Shown: positions 16,576 through 24,495 of the stretch, piece by piece
How positions within the stretch are numbered: position 1 is the stretch's first letter
How the letters are laid out: every line of letters starts with the position of its first letter
Virus record (IMG/VR): IMGVR_UViG_3300044632_002025
DNA from: a virus
DNA length: 64,000 bases
Reading direction: 5' to 3' (one strand)
Program-made: the position numbers and the translations under genes
The notes under the pieces: model-generated
Seen by the model: only the letters and a program-made list of their open reading frames with translations
Database searches by the model: none
Told to the model about the DNA's origin: nothing

Positions 16576-17152
16576 TCAAATATTGCCCCAAATCTGTTAA
16601 AAGTTTCAAAGTGAACACATCCAAATATTGAGCGTAGTTATCACTGATAGAATTAAAATCATCATCGGGGGGAGGGGAGAGTAAGTTCCCACCTGCCTTA
16701 TTAGCAGAAACAATAACGGATAAGCGGTAGGAATCAGAAACCTGAGTAATAGTGACTAAAATCTTAGTTTTCTCCCAAAAAACCGGAGTAATTAAACCCT
16801 TAGTGAAACCTAAATCAGCCCTAACATTCTCATTAGAACGAACAATAAGAGCTTGAGGGAACCGATGTTTTAAAAAGACGGAGACAGATTGAGTAAGAGC
16901 ATTTAGAGTCCCCGCACTCATAACACAGCCCTTACTAAGCTCTAATGGGGAAGACTGAAGGCTATATTTTCCAAGAAAGAAAATGGTTGTATCCAAATTG
17001 TAGGTTAAATTTAAGGGAGTACCAGGATAGCAAAACTTCGCTGGTGGGGGGTTCAGGGCGGGGGGATTATTATCTTGAGCTTGAAAAAGGAAAACAGCTA
17101 TCATGAGCAGTTCCCAAAAAATAAGGGATAGATAAATAAAAATTCGTAACAT
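16565..17152 (-). CDS. Secreted or membrane-anchored hypothetical protein
   Basis: N-terminal hydrophobic segment LRIFIYLSLIFWELLMIAVFLF followed by a proline-rich linker. Confidence 0.55.
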   Translation of the reverse strand: MLRIFIYLSLIFWELLMIAVFLFQAQDNNPPALNPPPAKFCYPGTPLNLTYNLDTTIFFLGKYSLQSSPLELSKGCVMSAGTLNALTQSVSVFLKHRFPQALIVRSNENVRADLGFTKGLITPVFWEKTKILVTITQVSDSYRLSVIVSANKAGGNLLSPPPDDDFNSISDNYAQYLDVFTLKLLTDLGQYLSGK

Positions 17153-17256
17153 AAGTTTACTAACATGGTCTGCCTTAGTAGAGTGGGTGCTACTCTTAAA
17201 AAAGTCTTAACGCTCAATATTAATTGATGACTTGACAAAAGGAGTTCACACGGTCT

Positions 17257-17625
17257 ATGATAAAAAAACAAAGAAAACCCCAAGAGGTAAAAATGGAAAA
17301 AATGGAAGAAATGGAACTTTTAAGCCCTTCGTATCATGCGGGCAAACTTCTGGATGCACAATTGCGTAAAGAGGAAGAACTAAGCTTAAATGCAGAAGAT
17401 TCCGTAGAAGTGCCTGGGGAAATCCCTACCCCTGAATACTGGGAAATACAAGGGAAAAGGATTTACCCAGAGAACAAAGTGGTGTACTTTGCTTGGACAG
17501 GAGAAAAAGCAGAGTTATTGCTAGGCGTAGTTCGAGCAGTAGAAAATACCAAGTTGGTCTTATCCGTGAATGGGAAAACGGTAAACTTATTCCCTGGGGA
17601 AAAAACGGTTGCTATTGTGGAATAA
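17257..17625 (+). CDS. Hypothetical protein
   Basis: 122-aa ORF divergent from the membrane gene pair. Confidence 0.45.
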   Translation: MIKKQRKPQEVKMEKMEEMELLSPSYHAGKLLDAQLRKEEELSLNAEDSVEVPGEIPTPEYWEIQGKRIYPENKVVYFAWTGEKAELLLGVVRAVENTKLVLSVNGKTVNLFPGEKTVAIVE

Positions 17626-17635
17626 TCCCTATACA

Positions 17636-18082
17636 ATGGGGAATATTGAAAGTTCTACCCTAAAAGAGCTTGAAAAAGCCCAAAAAGAGGGTAGAACTCC
17701 TATTATTGTGGACACTAAGGGGGGAGAGTTAGATATAGCGATAGAGTTAGCCCAAATGTGTAGTACACCTGTACTGGTCAGAAGGGCTATAAGTGCGGGC
17801 GGTGTATTCGCACTACTGATAAAATCAGAATTAAGATTTTGTGAAAAAGGTGGATTCCTATTGCTCCATGAGCCAGTAGCGAGCAAGAAACTACTATCAG
17901 AGAAAGAAGCGGAAATAATAGTTGACAAAAAGATAGAGTTAGTAAAAGAATTACAGAAAGTTAACCCCCAAATACCCTTTGAGCAGTTTAGCAAATGGTT
18001 GAAAAAGGGTATTTGTTTTGCGGACACGGGGTTAGCAGAAAAATTCTTCTTTAAGGTGGAAAATGAAAACCACCCCCAATAG
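17636..18082 (+). CDS. ClpP-like (S14 family) serine protease, short form
   Basis: IIVDTKGGELD..RRAISAGGVFALL..RFCEKGGFLLLHEP aligns by eye with the ClpP segment INSPGG..GQAASMGAFLL..RFCLPNSRVMIHQP, including the catalytic Ser and His. Start set at ATG 17636. Confidence 0.55.
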   Translation: MGNIESSTLKELEKAQKEGRTPIIVDTKGGELDIAIELAQMCSTPVLVRRAISAGGVFALLIKSELRFCEKGGFLLLHEPVASKKLLSEKEAEIIVDKKIELVKELQKVNPQIPFEQFSKWLKKGICFADTGLAEKFFFKVENENHPQ

Positions 18083-18085
18083 TCT

Positions 18086-18538
18086 TTAACGCTGGTATGT
18101 AATTTTAAGGGGGATTTCTTTAATCCCCTGTTTTAGTGTGGCGGACAATAGTGGAACTACCGTGTTTCGGAAAGTAGCACGATTTTCGATAACAATACAC
18201 CCTGCTGAACCTGGGACATTGGCATCATCGTGTAAACCCAGTTCAGACCGACCATAACCGGGGACGGGGGAGGGTAAAATAGGGTAAAACATACCTTCAA
18301 TACCTTTGGTAGCAAGAAAATAACCTTCAGTAGAAATGGTGTATTCACTATAAGGGGGTAACAAACCCTTACCTTTAGTCTTATAGTGGGTGTGATTCTG
18401 AAACCCAGTAGCACCAGAAGTAGCGACTACGGCACAAAGTTGTTTGCCCTCCGAATCACGAAGAACAAAAGTACCCCAAAGTAGTTCGGTACTTTGACGA
18501 GGACGAAAAATATATTCAGCAGAAACAGGATAAGACAT
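18086..18538 (-). CDS. YkuD-like L,D-transpeptidase-fold protein, possibly a cell wall enzyme
   Basis: ELGLHDDANVPGSAGCIVIEN fits the YkuD catalytic pattern H...S-x-GC(I/V). A late-type motif lies upstream at 18660-18677. Confidence 0.5.
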   Translation of the reverse strand: MSYPVSAEYIFRPRQSTELLWGTFVLRDSEGKQLCAVVATSGATGFQNHTHYKTKGKGLLPPYSEYTISTEGYFLATKGIEGMFYPILPSPVPGYGRSELGLHDDANVPGSAGCIVIENRATFRNTVVPLLSATLKQGIKEIPLKITYQR

Positions 18539-18772
18539 AGAAAAAAGTCTAAAACAGGGTGAACCATTTTAGGAATCGAGCGGGGGGTTTACTTTTTTTT
18601 TTTCTTTTTCTAGGGTGGTCAAATCAAGAGCATTTAACTCCCTATCTCCTGTAAATAGTTTTGGGCGTTATTGTCTATCAACAACGAAGACTTCAAATAC
18701 TAATGGGGTAAATAGGGTGGTAGATTCCCCCCCCGACTACGCCCAAAACAGTTGAAAAAGGGGGAAAAGTAA

Positions 18773-19480
18773 GTGACAATTAAAGAAATATTAAATCCAA
18801 TAGGGAATAACGTGATTAATTGGATATTCCCAACAAATAATGAATGGGGAATACCCGTCTTGAGCTTAGATATGCAAGGAAAATGGCCAGAGTTACCAAT
18901 AAACATCTGGGGAGCAAAGGCAAGAACGAATAAATTAAAGGGAACAATATTCCATTACACTGATGACTATAGAATGTCGGGACATTGGAAAAATCCCTCA
19001 AAACTGATTGAAACAGAAATAACTTTAGTGGGGGAAGTAAACTATACGATTTCCTTACAAAGTCCAAAAGCAATAGCAATCCAGAAGGTATTCCAAAAAA
19101 GATGGCTATCCCGTTATTGGGGGGAAGCGGGGATAAAAATCCTAGTAGACCTGAATGTACCGACGGAGTTTGAAGAAATCGCCTTATTAGGAGTACCGAA
19201 AGGGTGGAAAGCCTACTGTACACATGGATATAGTGAAAGAATCCAAGCAACATACGATGAGTATGAGATGGCCTGTCGTCATGCCCAGAGTAGAGAAATC
19301 TATTTCACAGTATACGGGGGAGGACGGAAGGTAAAAGAGGAGTGTGAAAAGATGGGATGGGTTCATGTAGTGGAGGAATCTGACAGAGCGAGAGGAAGAT
19401 TCAAAGATGAATTTTCGATAAAAGATTATGTGGTAGAGACTGCTAAAGTAGTAGAAAGTCAAAAAGTCAGGGCATTTTAG
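18773..19480 (+). CDS. Hypothetical protein, faint DUF4417-like pattern
   Basis: 235-aa ORF with a GTG start. The pattern FHYTDDYR...GEVNYTISL...RWLSRYWGEAGIKILVDL resembles DUF4417 as I remember it. Unverified. Confidence 0.35.
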   Translation: MTIKEILNPIGNNVINWIFPTNNEWGIPVLSLDMQGKWPELPINIWGAKARTNKLKGTIFHYTDDYRMSGHWKNPSKLIETEITLVGEVNYTISLQSPKAIAIQKVFQKRWLSRYWGEAGIKILVDLNVPTEFEEIALLGVPKGWKAYCTHGYSERIQATYDEYEMACRHAQSREIYFTVYGGGRKVKEECEKMGWVHVVEESDRARGRFKDEFSIKDYVVETAKVVESQKVRAF

Positions 19481-19547
19481 GGGGGGTGTGATTTCCGCCC
19501 AAACCAGATGTGGACAGTCTAATAATGGAATACAGGAAGAAACTAAG

Positions 19548-19715
19548 ATGGTAAAGCCAACCGGTGGAGACGGTCGCCCTGACCGTAGAGAGAGAAAAAA
19601 ATCGAGTCCTAACGTAGTAGAGCGTGCGTTTGGGGCAGTAGGAGACAATCAAAAAAAGAGAGATTCCGCTTCGAGGACTGTAGAGGAAGCTTTTAAAAAA
19701 GGCAGAAAGGGTTAA
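19548..19715 (+). CDS. Small basic hypothetical protein
   Basis: ATG 19548 is preceded by AGGAAGAAACTAAG. The product is 55 aa and K/R rich. Confidence 0.35.
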   Translation: MVKPTGGDGRPDRRERKKSSPNVVERAFGAVGDNQKKRDSASRTVEEAFKKGRKG

Positions 19716-19761
19716 ACCACCTTTAACTAAGGTAAAGTCTAAAAGTTTTTTCTAAACCCCC

Positions 19762-19790
19762 TTGACATCCAATCCACTCTCTGTTATACT
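19762..19790 (+). promoter_or_regulatory. Sigma70-type promoter of the same family as 7459, 11836 and 48286
   Basis: TTGACA (19762-19767), 17 nt, TATACT (19785-19790), then GGGGTTAACCCAACAAAAAC as in the polymerase and sigma leaders. Confidence 0.65.
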
Positions 19791-19821
19791 GGGGTTAACC
19801 CAACAAAAACCAGAACCTGAA

Positions 19822-20118
19822 ATGGCTGTATTAGAACCAGAAAGACCAGATGATAATGATTATCATAAGCTAGTCGAAGCGCAAATAGACCTGCCACTAG
19901 AGTACCAATTAAAACTATCACTACTGCTGAGAGCAATAGAGGCAGAGTTTTCGCTGGATAAAGACCCGTCAGCAACACACATTAGATTCCCGAAAGAAGA
20001 CTTACAAAAAATTGTCAACCGACTAAAAGGAATGTACTCCGAGATGTACTGTAATATGGTAGCAACACAATTGTTCACCCAGAAAGCATTAGCGGAGAAA
20101 TGGGGCATTGAAAAATGA
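19822..20118 (+). CDS. Hypothetical protein
   Basis: Start moved to ATG 19822 because the track start is the -35 box. Confidence 0.5.
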   Translation: MAVLEPERPDDNDYHKLVEAQIDLPLEYQLKLSLLLRAIEAEFSLDKDPSATHIRFPKEDLQKIVNRLKGMYSEMYCNMVATQLFTQKALAEKWGIEK

Positions 20119-20144
20119 CCCCTGACAACCATAATCAGCCAATA

Positions 20145-20169
20145 AAAACCCTATCAAACTAGGGTTTTT
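20145..20169 (+). terminator. Rho-independent terminator
   Basis: AAAACCCTA / TAGGGTTTT 9-bp stem, 6-nt loop, trailing T. Confidence 0.55.
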
Positions 20170-20184
20170 CCCTAGTCAAAAAAT

Positions 20185-21735
20185 ATGCTTGAACAAGAAA
20201 GAAACGAGAAAAAGAAAGAGTTATTTAACACAATACCCTATGGATTAGCCCTTACTGGACGGGTAAGGGACTGGGGTAAACAACCTCAAGGACGACTCCC
20301 AGTTAGCTGTACTGTGTTCGATGTCCAAGACAGTATGGAAGGTAAAGACGGTATCGAAGATTCTTGGTTATTTACGAGTCACGGATTAAGAAATGCGGCT
20401 GGAGTAGCAATTAATCTATCGAATCTAAGACCTGCGGGGACTCAGAATGAGTTAGGGTTAACGGCATCTGGGCCAGTAAGTTTTACGGAGTTCTATTCTA
20501 AGATGAATGAAATCCTCCGTCGTGGGGGAATTTTCAAAAACGGAGCTTGCACGATTTACCTAGACTACGACCACCCTGACATTGAGAAATTTATCAATTG
20601 CAATGAATTTGCCAATGCGTGGGTAAAATTGGCAGTCTATGTAGACGAAGGAATCCGTAACCACCCAATCAAGAAACTACTAGCTAAAGCAGTAGACGAA
20701 GGTACTGTATGGTTAGCCAAGAAATGGTGGGATAAGGAGGGAGAACGTCTGTTCTCAAACGTTTGCCTTGAAATCGGGCTTAAAAGTCGTGCGACCTGTC
20801 TAATCTCTAATGAAAATTACGGATTACTGGAGCCAGAAGACTTCCCACAAGCATATCGGGAAGGGGCAGAATGGCTGTGCCAACTCCATGCAATCACCGG
20901 TGTGGGAGAGACAGGTCGATACCTGAGTCCTGAAGAAGACCGACAAATAGGATTAGGGGTTATTGGATTAGCATCGTTTTTAGCGATTCAAAAAGTAAAA
21001 TACGCTGAATTTGTCGATGCTTTGGAAGAATACGAAATCCTAACTTCAGGGTTCCGGGAGGACATCATCAAAGAGAACGAAGGGAATGACTATTTCATTG
21101 GTGGATGTTCGAGACCAATATACCTAGTCCATAAAATAGCTCTAGGCTTCATGGAAGCGGCGGTAGTGGGACGTAAGTACAATATGGATAGAATCTTTAC
21201 TGTAGCTCCAACTGCAACGAGTTTCACAAAAAACTTTGACAAGTTAGGGTATGCAATCACCCCTGAAATCAGCCCACCGCTAGGTCGGGAAATTGAAAGA
21301 ACATCCGAAACATTTGGTTCACAGATGTTCGCTTTTCATCCCGATGTAGAAATTGCGTCGGAAGTAGGGTGGGACGTTCAATGGAGACTACTGAACGGAT
21401 GGCAACGGTTGATGGATTCCACTGGATTAGGTCATTCGATTTCTTCCAACATTTGGGATACTTGCCCTGTCAATGAACAGTTCATTGACGACTTTATGGA
21501 TGCGGACATCAAAACGACCTATTATCGCCTCTCAACCCTTCAACAGGCAAATGACAAATCTGGCTATATTTCAGATGAGGCACTAGAAAAATTAGGTTAT
21601 CTTCCCTCGAAAGAAATGGATGAAGTAGACGACTTATTTGCGGAGTTATTTGGAGAAACCGACCCGACCCCAACCCCTGTTCAACCCGTGTGCAACATTG
21701 GTGACGGGTACTGTGAGGCCTGCGGCGGAGACTAA
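20185..21735 (+). CDS. Ribonucleotide reductase large (catalytic) subunit, minimal 516-aa form
   Basis: FSNVCLEIGL matches the NxCxE thiyl-radical loop (E. coli SNLCLEIALP). Also VSCTVFDV, VAPTATS and the C-terminal CEACGG cysteine pair. No ATP-cone. Confidence 0.85.
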   Translation: MLEQERNEKKKELFNTIPYGLALTGRVRDWGKQPQGRLPVSCTVFDVQDSMEGKDGIEDSWLFTSHGLRNAAGVAINLSNLRPAGTQNELGLTASGPVSFTEFYSKMNEILRRGGIFKNGACTIYLDYDHPDIEKFINCNEFANAWVKLAVYVDEGIRNHPIKKLLAKAVDEGTVWLAKKWWDKEGERLFSNVCLEIGLKSRATCLISNENYGLLEPEDFPQAYREGAEWLCQLHAITGVGETGRYLSPEEDRQIGLGVIGLASFLAIQKVKYAEFVDALEEYEILTSGFREDIIKENEGNDYFIGGCSRPIYLVHKIALGFMEAAVVGRKYNMDRIFTVAPTATSFTKNFDKLGYAITPEISPPLGREIERTSETFGSQMFAFHPDVEIASEVGWDVQWRLLNGWQRLMDSTGLGHSISSNIWDTCPVNEQFIDDFMDADIKTTYYRLSTLQQANDKSGYISDEALEKLGYLPSKEMDEVDDLFAELFGETDPTPTPVQPVCNIGDGYCEACGGD

Positions 21736-21749
21736 CTCTAGTTCTAAAA

Positions 21750-21808
21750 GGGTTAACCAAAATTTAACCAAGTTAACCCTTGACAAACCCTTTGAACCCT
21801 GTTAAAAT
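21750..21808 (+). promoter_or_regulatory. Promoter with upstream GGGTTAACC-N-GTTAACCC element (plus-strand copy)
   Basis: GGGTTAACCAAAATTTAACCAAGTTAACCC abuts TTGACA (21780-21785), then 17 nt and TAAAAT (21803-21808). Confidence 0.65.
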
Positions 21809-21837
21809 AGTAAAAACACCAAGAGCAAGATTTAGAC

Positions 21838-22059
21838 ATGGAAGAATACACTAGAGAAGAATTAATAAATATATCCCGTATTCTCCTGTTCGGTTTGCAT
21901 CTACAAGCAACGGAAGCGGGTAATGGAAGCGGGTTAAGTACAAGAACTGTAATATCTGGGGAGATATGGGATAAGATGTATGAAGGTGAATTAACCTTTT
22001 ACTTCCTTGTAAATCCTGATGGGGACTTAGTAATCACTACCCAACTCCAGACGACCTAA
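21838..22059 (+). CDS. Hypothetical protein
   Basis: 73-aa ORF downstream of the promoter at 21780. Confidence 0.45.
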   Translation: MEEYTREELINISRILLFGLHLQATEAGNGSGLSTRTVISGEIWDKMYEGELTFYFLVNPDGDLVITTQLQTT

Positions 22060-22064
22060 TTTTC

Positions 22065-22126
22065 AACCCAATGTCTAGTACAGGTGTTCTTCTATAACCC
22101 AATGTCTAGTACAGGTGTTCTACTAT
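22065..22126 (+). repeat. Two tandem 31-bp repeats containing CTAGTACAGGTGTTC
   Basis: AACCCAATGTCTAGTACAGGTGTTCT(T/A)CTAT occurs at 22065-22095 and 22096-22126, just upstream of 22149. Confidence 0.8.
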
Positions 22127-22148
22127 AAACCCAATCTAAAGGTGAAAA

Positions 22149-22427
22149 ATGGCTAAACTCTATGTGACGAAACTCTGCCTGACTAATGGGGTATACGAGG
22201 CAGAAGGGGATATTAAGGGGGAATCCTCCTATGTCCATCTGAGATACAGTTATGGTGCGAAAGACTATCTTCAGTTGGGGAGAGACGTTTTTGAGTCAAT
22301 CGAAGAAGCTAAAGAAGATTTCCTAAAACGAAAAGAAAAAGAAATCTCAAGTATGGAAAAGAAATTGGCTGAGTTAAAGGAATTAGAGTTTTTCTATGCT
22401 AAAAAGGTAAATACTGTTGACACCTGA
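22149..22427 (+). CDS. Hypothetical protein
   Basis: 92-aa ORF with a K/E-rich helical C-terminus. Confidence 0.45.
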   Translation: MAKLYVTKLCLTNGVYEAEGDIKGESSYVHLRYSYGAKDYLQLGRDVFESIEEAKEDFLKRKEKEISSMEKKLAELKELEFFYAKKVNTVDT

Positions 22428-22476
22428 CTAACCAAGTGTTATACTGTGATTAAATCAGCAAAGCGGAGATTTCAAA

Positions 22477-22737
22477 ATGGCAATTAGACTGGAGTTAGAA
22501 GGTGGGAAATATATCATTGTTCAAGAAGATAAACCACACCAATTTTACGCATTACGACACGGTGAAAAATGGCGAGATTTAATGGGAGATGGCTTGGTAC
22601 TAGCATTGTGTCAGCAGTTAAGTGACACACAGGAACTAGCCCAGAAACTACAAGACAGCCTAACTTTCGTAGAGGAAGAAATACTTGAACTCGGACAATA
22701 CTTTGAAGAACGGAACAGAAATTATCCCCTGAAATGA
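22477..22737 (+). CDS. Hypothetical protein
   Basis: 86-aa ORF. Confidence 0.45.
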   Translation: MAIRLELEGGKYIIVQEDKPHQFYALRHGEKWRDLMGDGLVLALCQQLSDTQELAQKLQDSLTFVEEEILELGQYFEERNRNYPLK

Positions 22738-22758
22738 CCCCCTAACCGGTAAAAAGAG

Positions 22759-23646
22759 ATGGAACTACTTCACTACCCAACTCAAAAACAAATGGAAATG
22801 CTCAAAAATCAAGCTGAAAAAATGTTAAATAACCAAACCCCAGTACTAACGATGCTAAAACCTGAATTTGCTGACTTAAAACCATTACCGAAACTGGTTA
22901 TCTGTTTTGGGGAGTCTGGCTCTGGGAAATCGGAGTTCCAACGGATTTTAGAATCTTGTCTCCATTTTTCCTGGATTCACCCAATTAATGACTTTAAACA
23001 ATTCCTGGAGCGAAAATTTGGTTTACAGGAGGGGGCGATGCACACCCCTGAAGGAAAAGCCACAAAGTTTGAGTTCAATAAGTTTTTATCCAAAGACTTA
23101 GAAATCCATCTGTATTGGTTCTTAGCAGACCACTATGGTATTACCGGAATTGAAACGCCAGACTATGTTAATGGAACAGGGAAAACACTAGGTACAATCA
23201 CCAGACTAATGGTAGACCGTATATTTGCCCAAGCCAAAACTTTAGGGGAAATAGAAACCCTGGCTTGGAAAGAAATGAAAGACATTGACCCTCATTTTTC
23301 TCTACCCTATGTCAGACGAGAATTAACCCGGTTACTGCGAGAAGGCAAGGACGTAGTAATGTTGGCAATAAGAAACCAGCATGAACAAGTTTTAATCCAG
23401 GAGGTAATGGAGCAAGGTAACTGTATTCCCCATTTAGTAAAAATTAACCGTCCTGGTTATGAAGGCTTATTTACTGATGTGGAACAAGATGAGATGTTCA
23501 ATGCTTTGCATGGGGTAGTTCCTAAAACCCAAATCTACTTGAGGACTAATTACTTCCCCACTTTAGCAGAGTGGAAAGCTGAGTGTTACGAATTAGGGTA
23601 CTTTCTGAAGTATAGTCTGGGTTTACCAGGTTTGACCCTATCTTAA
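22759..23646 (+). CDS. P-loop NTPase/kinase-like protein
   Basis: Walker A FGESGSGKSEF. No further motif recognised. Confidence 0.45.
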   Translation: MELLHYPTQKQMEMLKNQAEKMLNNQTPVLTMLKPEFADLKPLPKLVICFGESGSGKSEFQRILESCLHFSWIHPINDFKQFLERKFGLQEGAMHTPEGKATKFEFNKFLSKDLEIHLYWFLADHYGITGIETPDYVNGTGKTLGTITRLMVDRIFAQAKTLGEIETLAWKEMKDIDPHFSLPYVRRELTRLLREGKDVVMLAIRNQHEQVLIQEVMEQGNCIPHLVKINRPGYEGLFTDVEQDEMFNALHGVVPKTQIYLRTNYFPTLAEWKAECYELGYFLKYSLGLPGLTLS

Positions 23647-24048
23647 CCACAATTTAACGATGAGAAAATAAAAACATTAAAATCTCTTAATCAGAGAATT
23701 TCCGAATTAGAACAGTTAAGTTTTTCAGTCCAGACCCGTTCTGAACTATATAAACCTGTCTAGACCCGTTCAGACCTTGTTAACGCCCAAACAATACAGC
23801 CCAGTGTAGCCAAAAGCCGCACTGGGTATAGCTTTGTGTCCGCCCAGACCAAAAAGTTAAAAAACAAAAAAAATTTGGATGAGGAATAACTGACGCTTTA
23901 GGGGATACTTAAAAGAGGGGTATGGGGGGTCTACGGTAGAGTTTAATCGGGGCTAGAACAAGCGGAACAGGGGTAAGACAGGGTTAAGATAGTTAACCAT
24001 TGCAAAGAAGCTTTAAAGGGGGTTAAACTAGGGATTAACCAATCCAGA

Positions 24049-24213
24049 CTAAGGAGTAGATTTAGGAATAGATAGGGCTAGAACCCCAGCAATAAGGGTA
24101 GTAGTGGCATCTACTAATTTGGGGGCGTACTTATCGGGTTCTTTAATGGATAGGATACCTAAAAAAACAAAGCCTATAGAGGCCAGGTACATAATTATCT
24201 GACAGGGTTTCAT
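24049..24213 (-). CDS. Small two-segment membrane peptide (54 aa)
   Basis: MKPCQIIMYLASIGFVFLGILSIKEPDKYAPKLVDATTTLIAGVLALSIPKSTP. Below the ORF track cutoff, and coding status is uncertain. Confidence 0.3.
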   Translation of the reverse strand: MKPCQIIMYLASIGFVFLGILSIKEPDKYAPKLVDATTTLIAGVLALSIPKSTP

Positions 24214-24393
24214 ATTACATGAGCTAGATTACACATTTAGGATGAGCGATTGTGGGATGCTAGTTTTACTCACCAGTTTGCAAGCAACAGCTAATGCTTA
24301 ATCGAGAAGAATATGGTTGTACTAAGTATACGCCATGCAACAAGGTGACTGTAAGAGTATGGTTGTACTGGGGTAAGGCTGTACTAGGGATAC

Positions 24394-24437
24394 AAAAAAG
24401 CTAGTGGACTGCTTTTAAACTGCCCACTAGCTTTTTT
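24394..24437. terminator. Bidirectional rho-independent terminator
   Basis: A6-GCTAGTGG ... CCACTAGC-T6. It lies downstream of the minus-strand gene 24496..26169. Confidence 0.65.
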
Positions 24438-24495
24438 GTACAGAACGTGCTTTAGGGTGATTCCTGGTACTGAACCCCGTTAGTTCCTTTTGATA

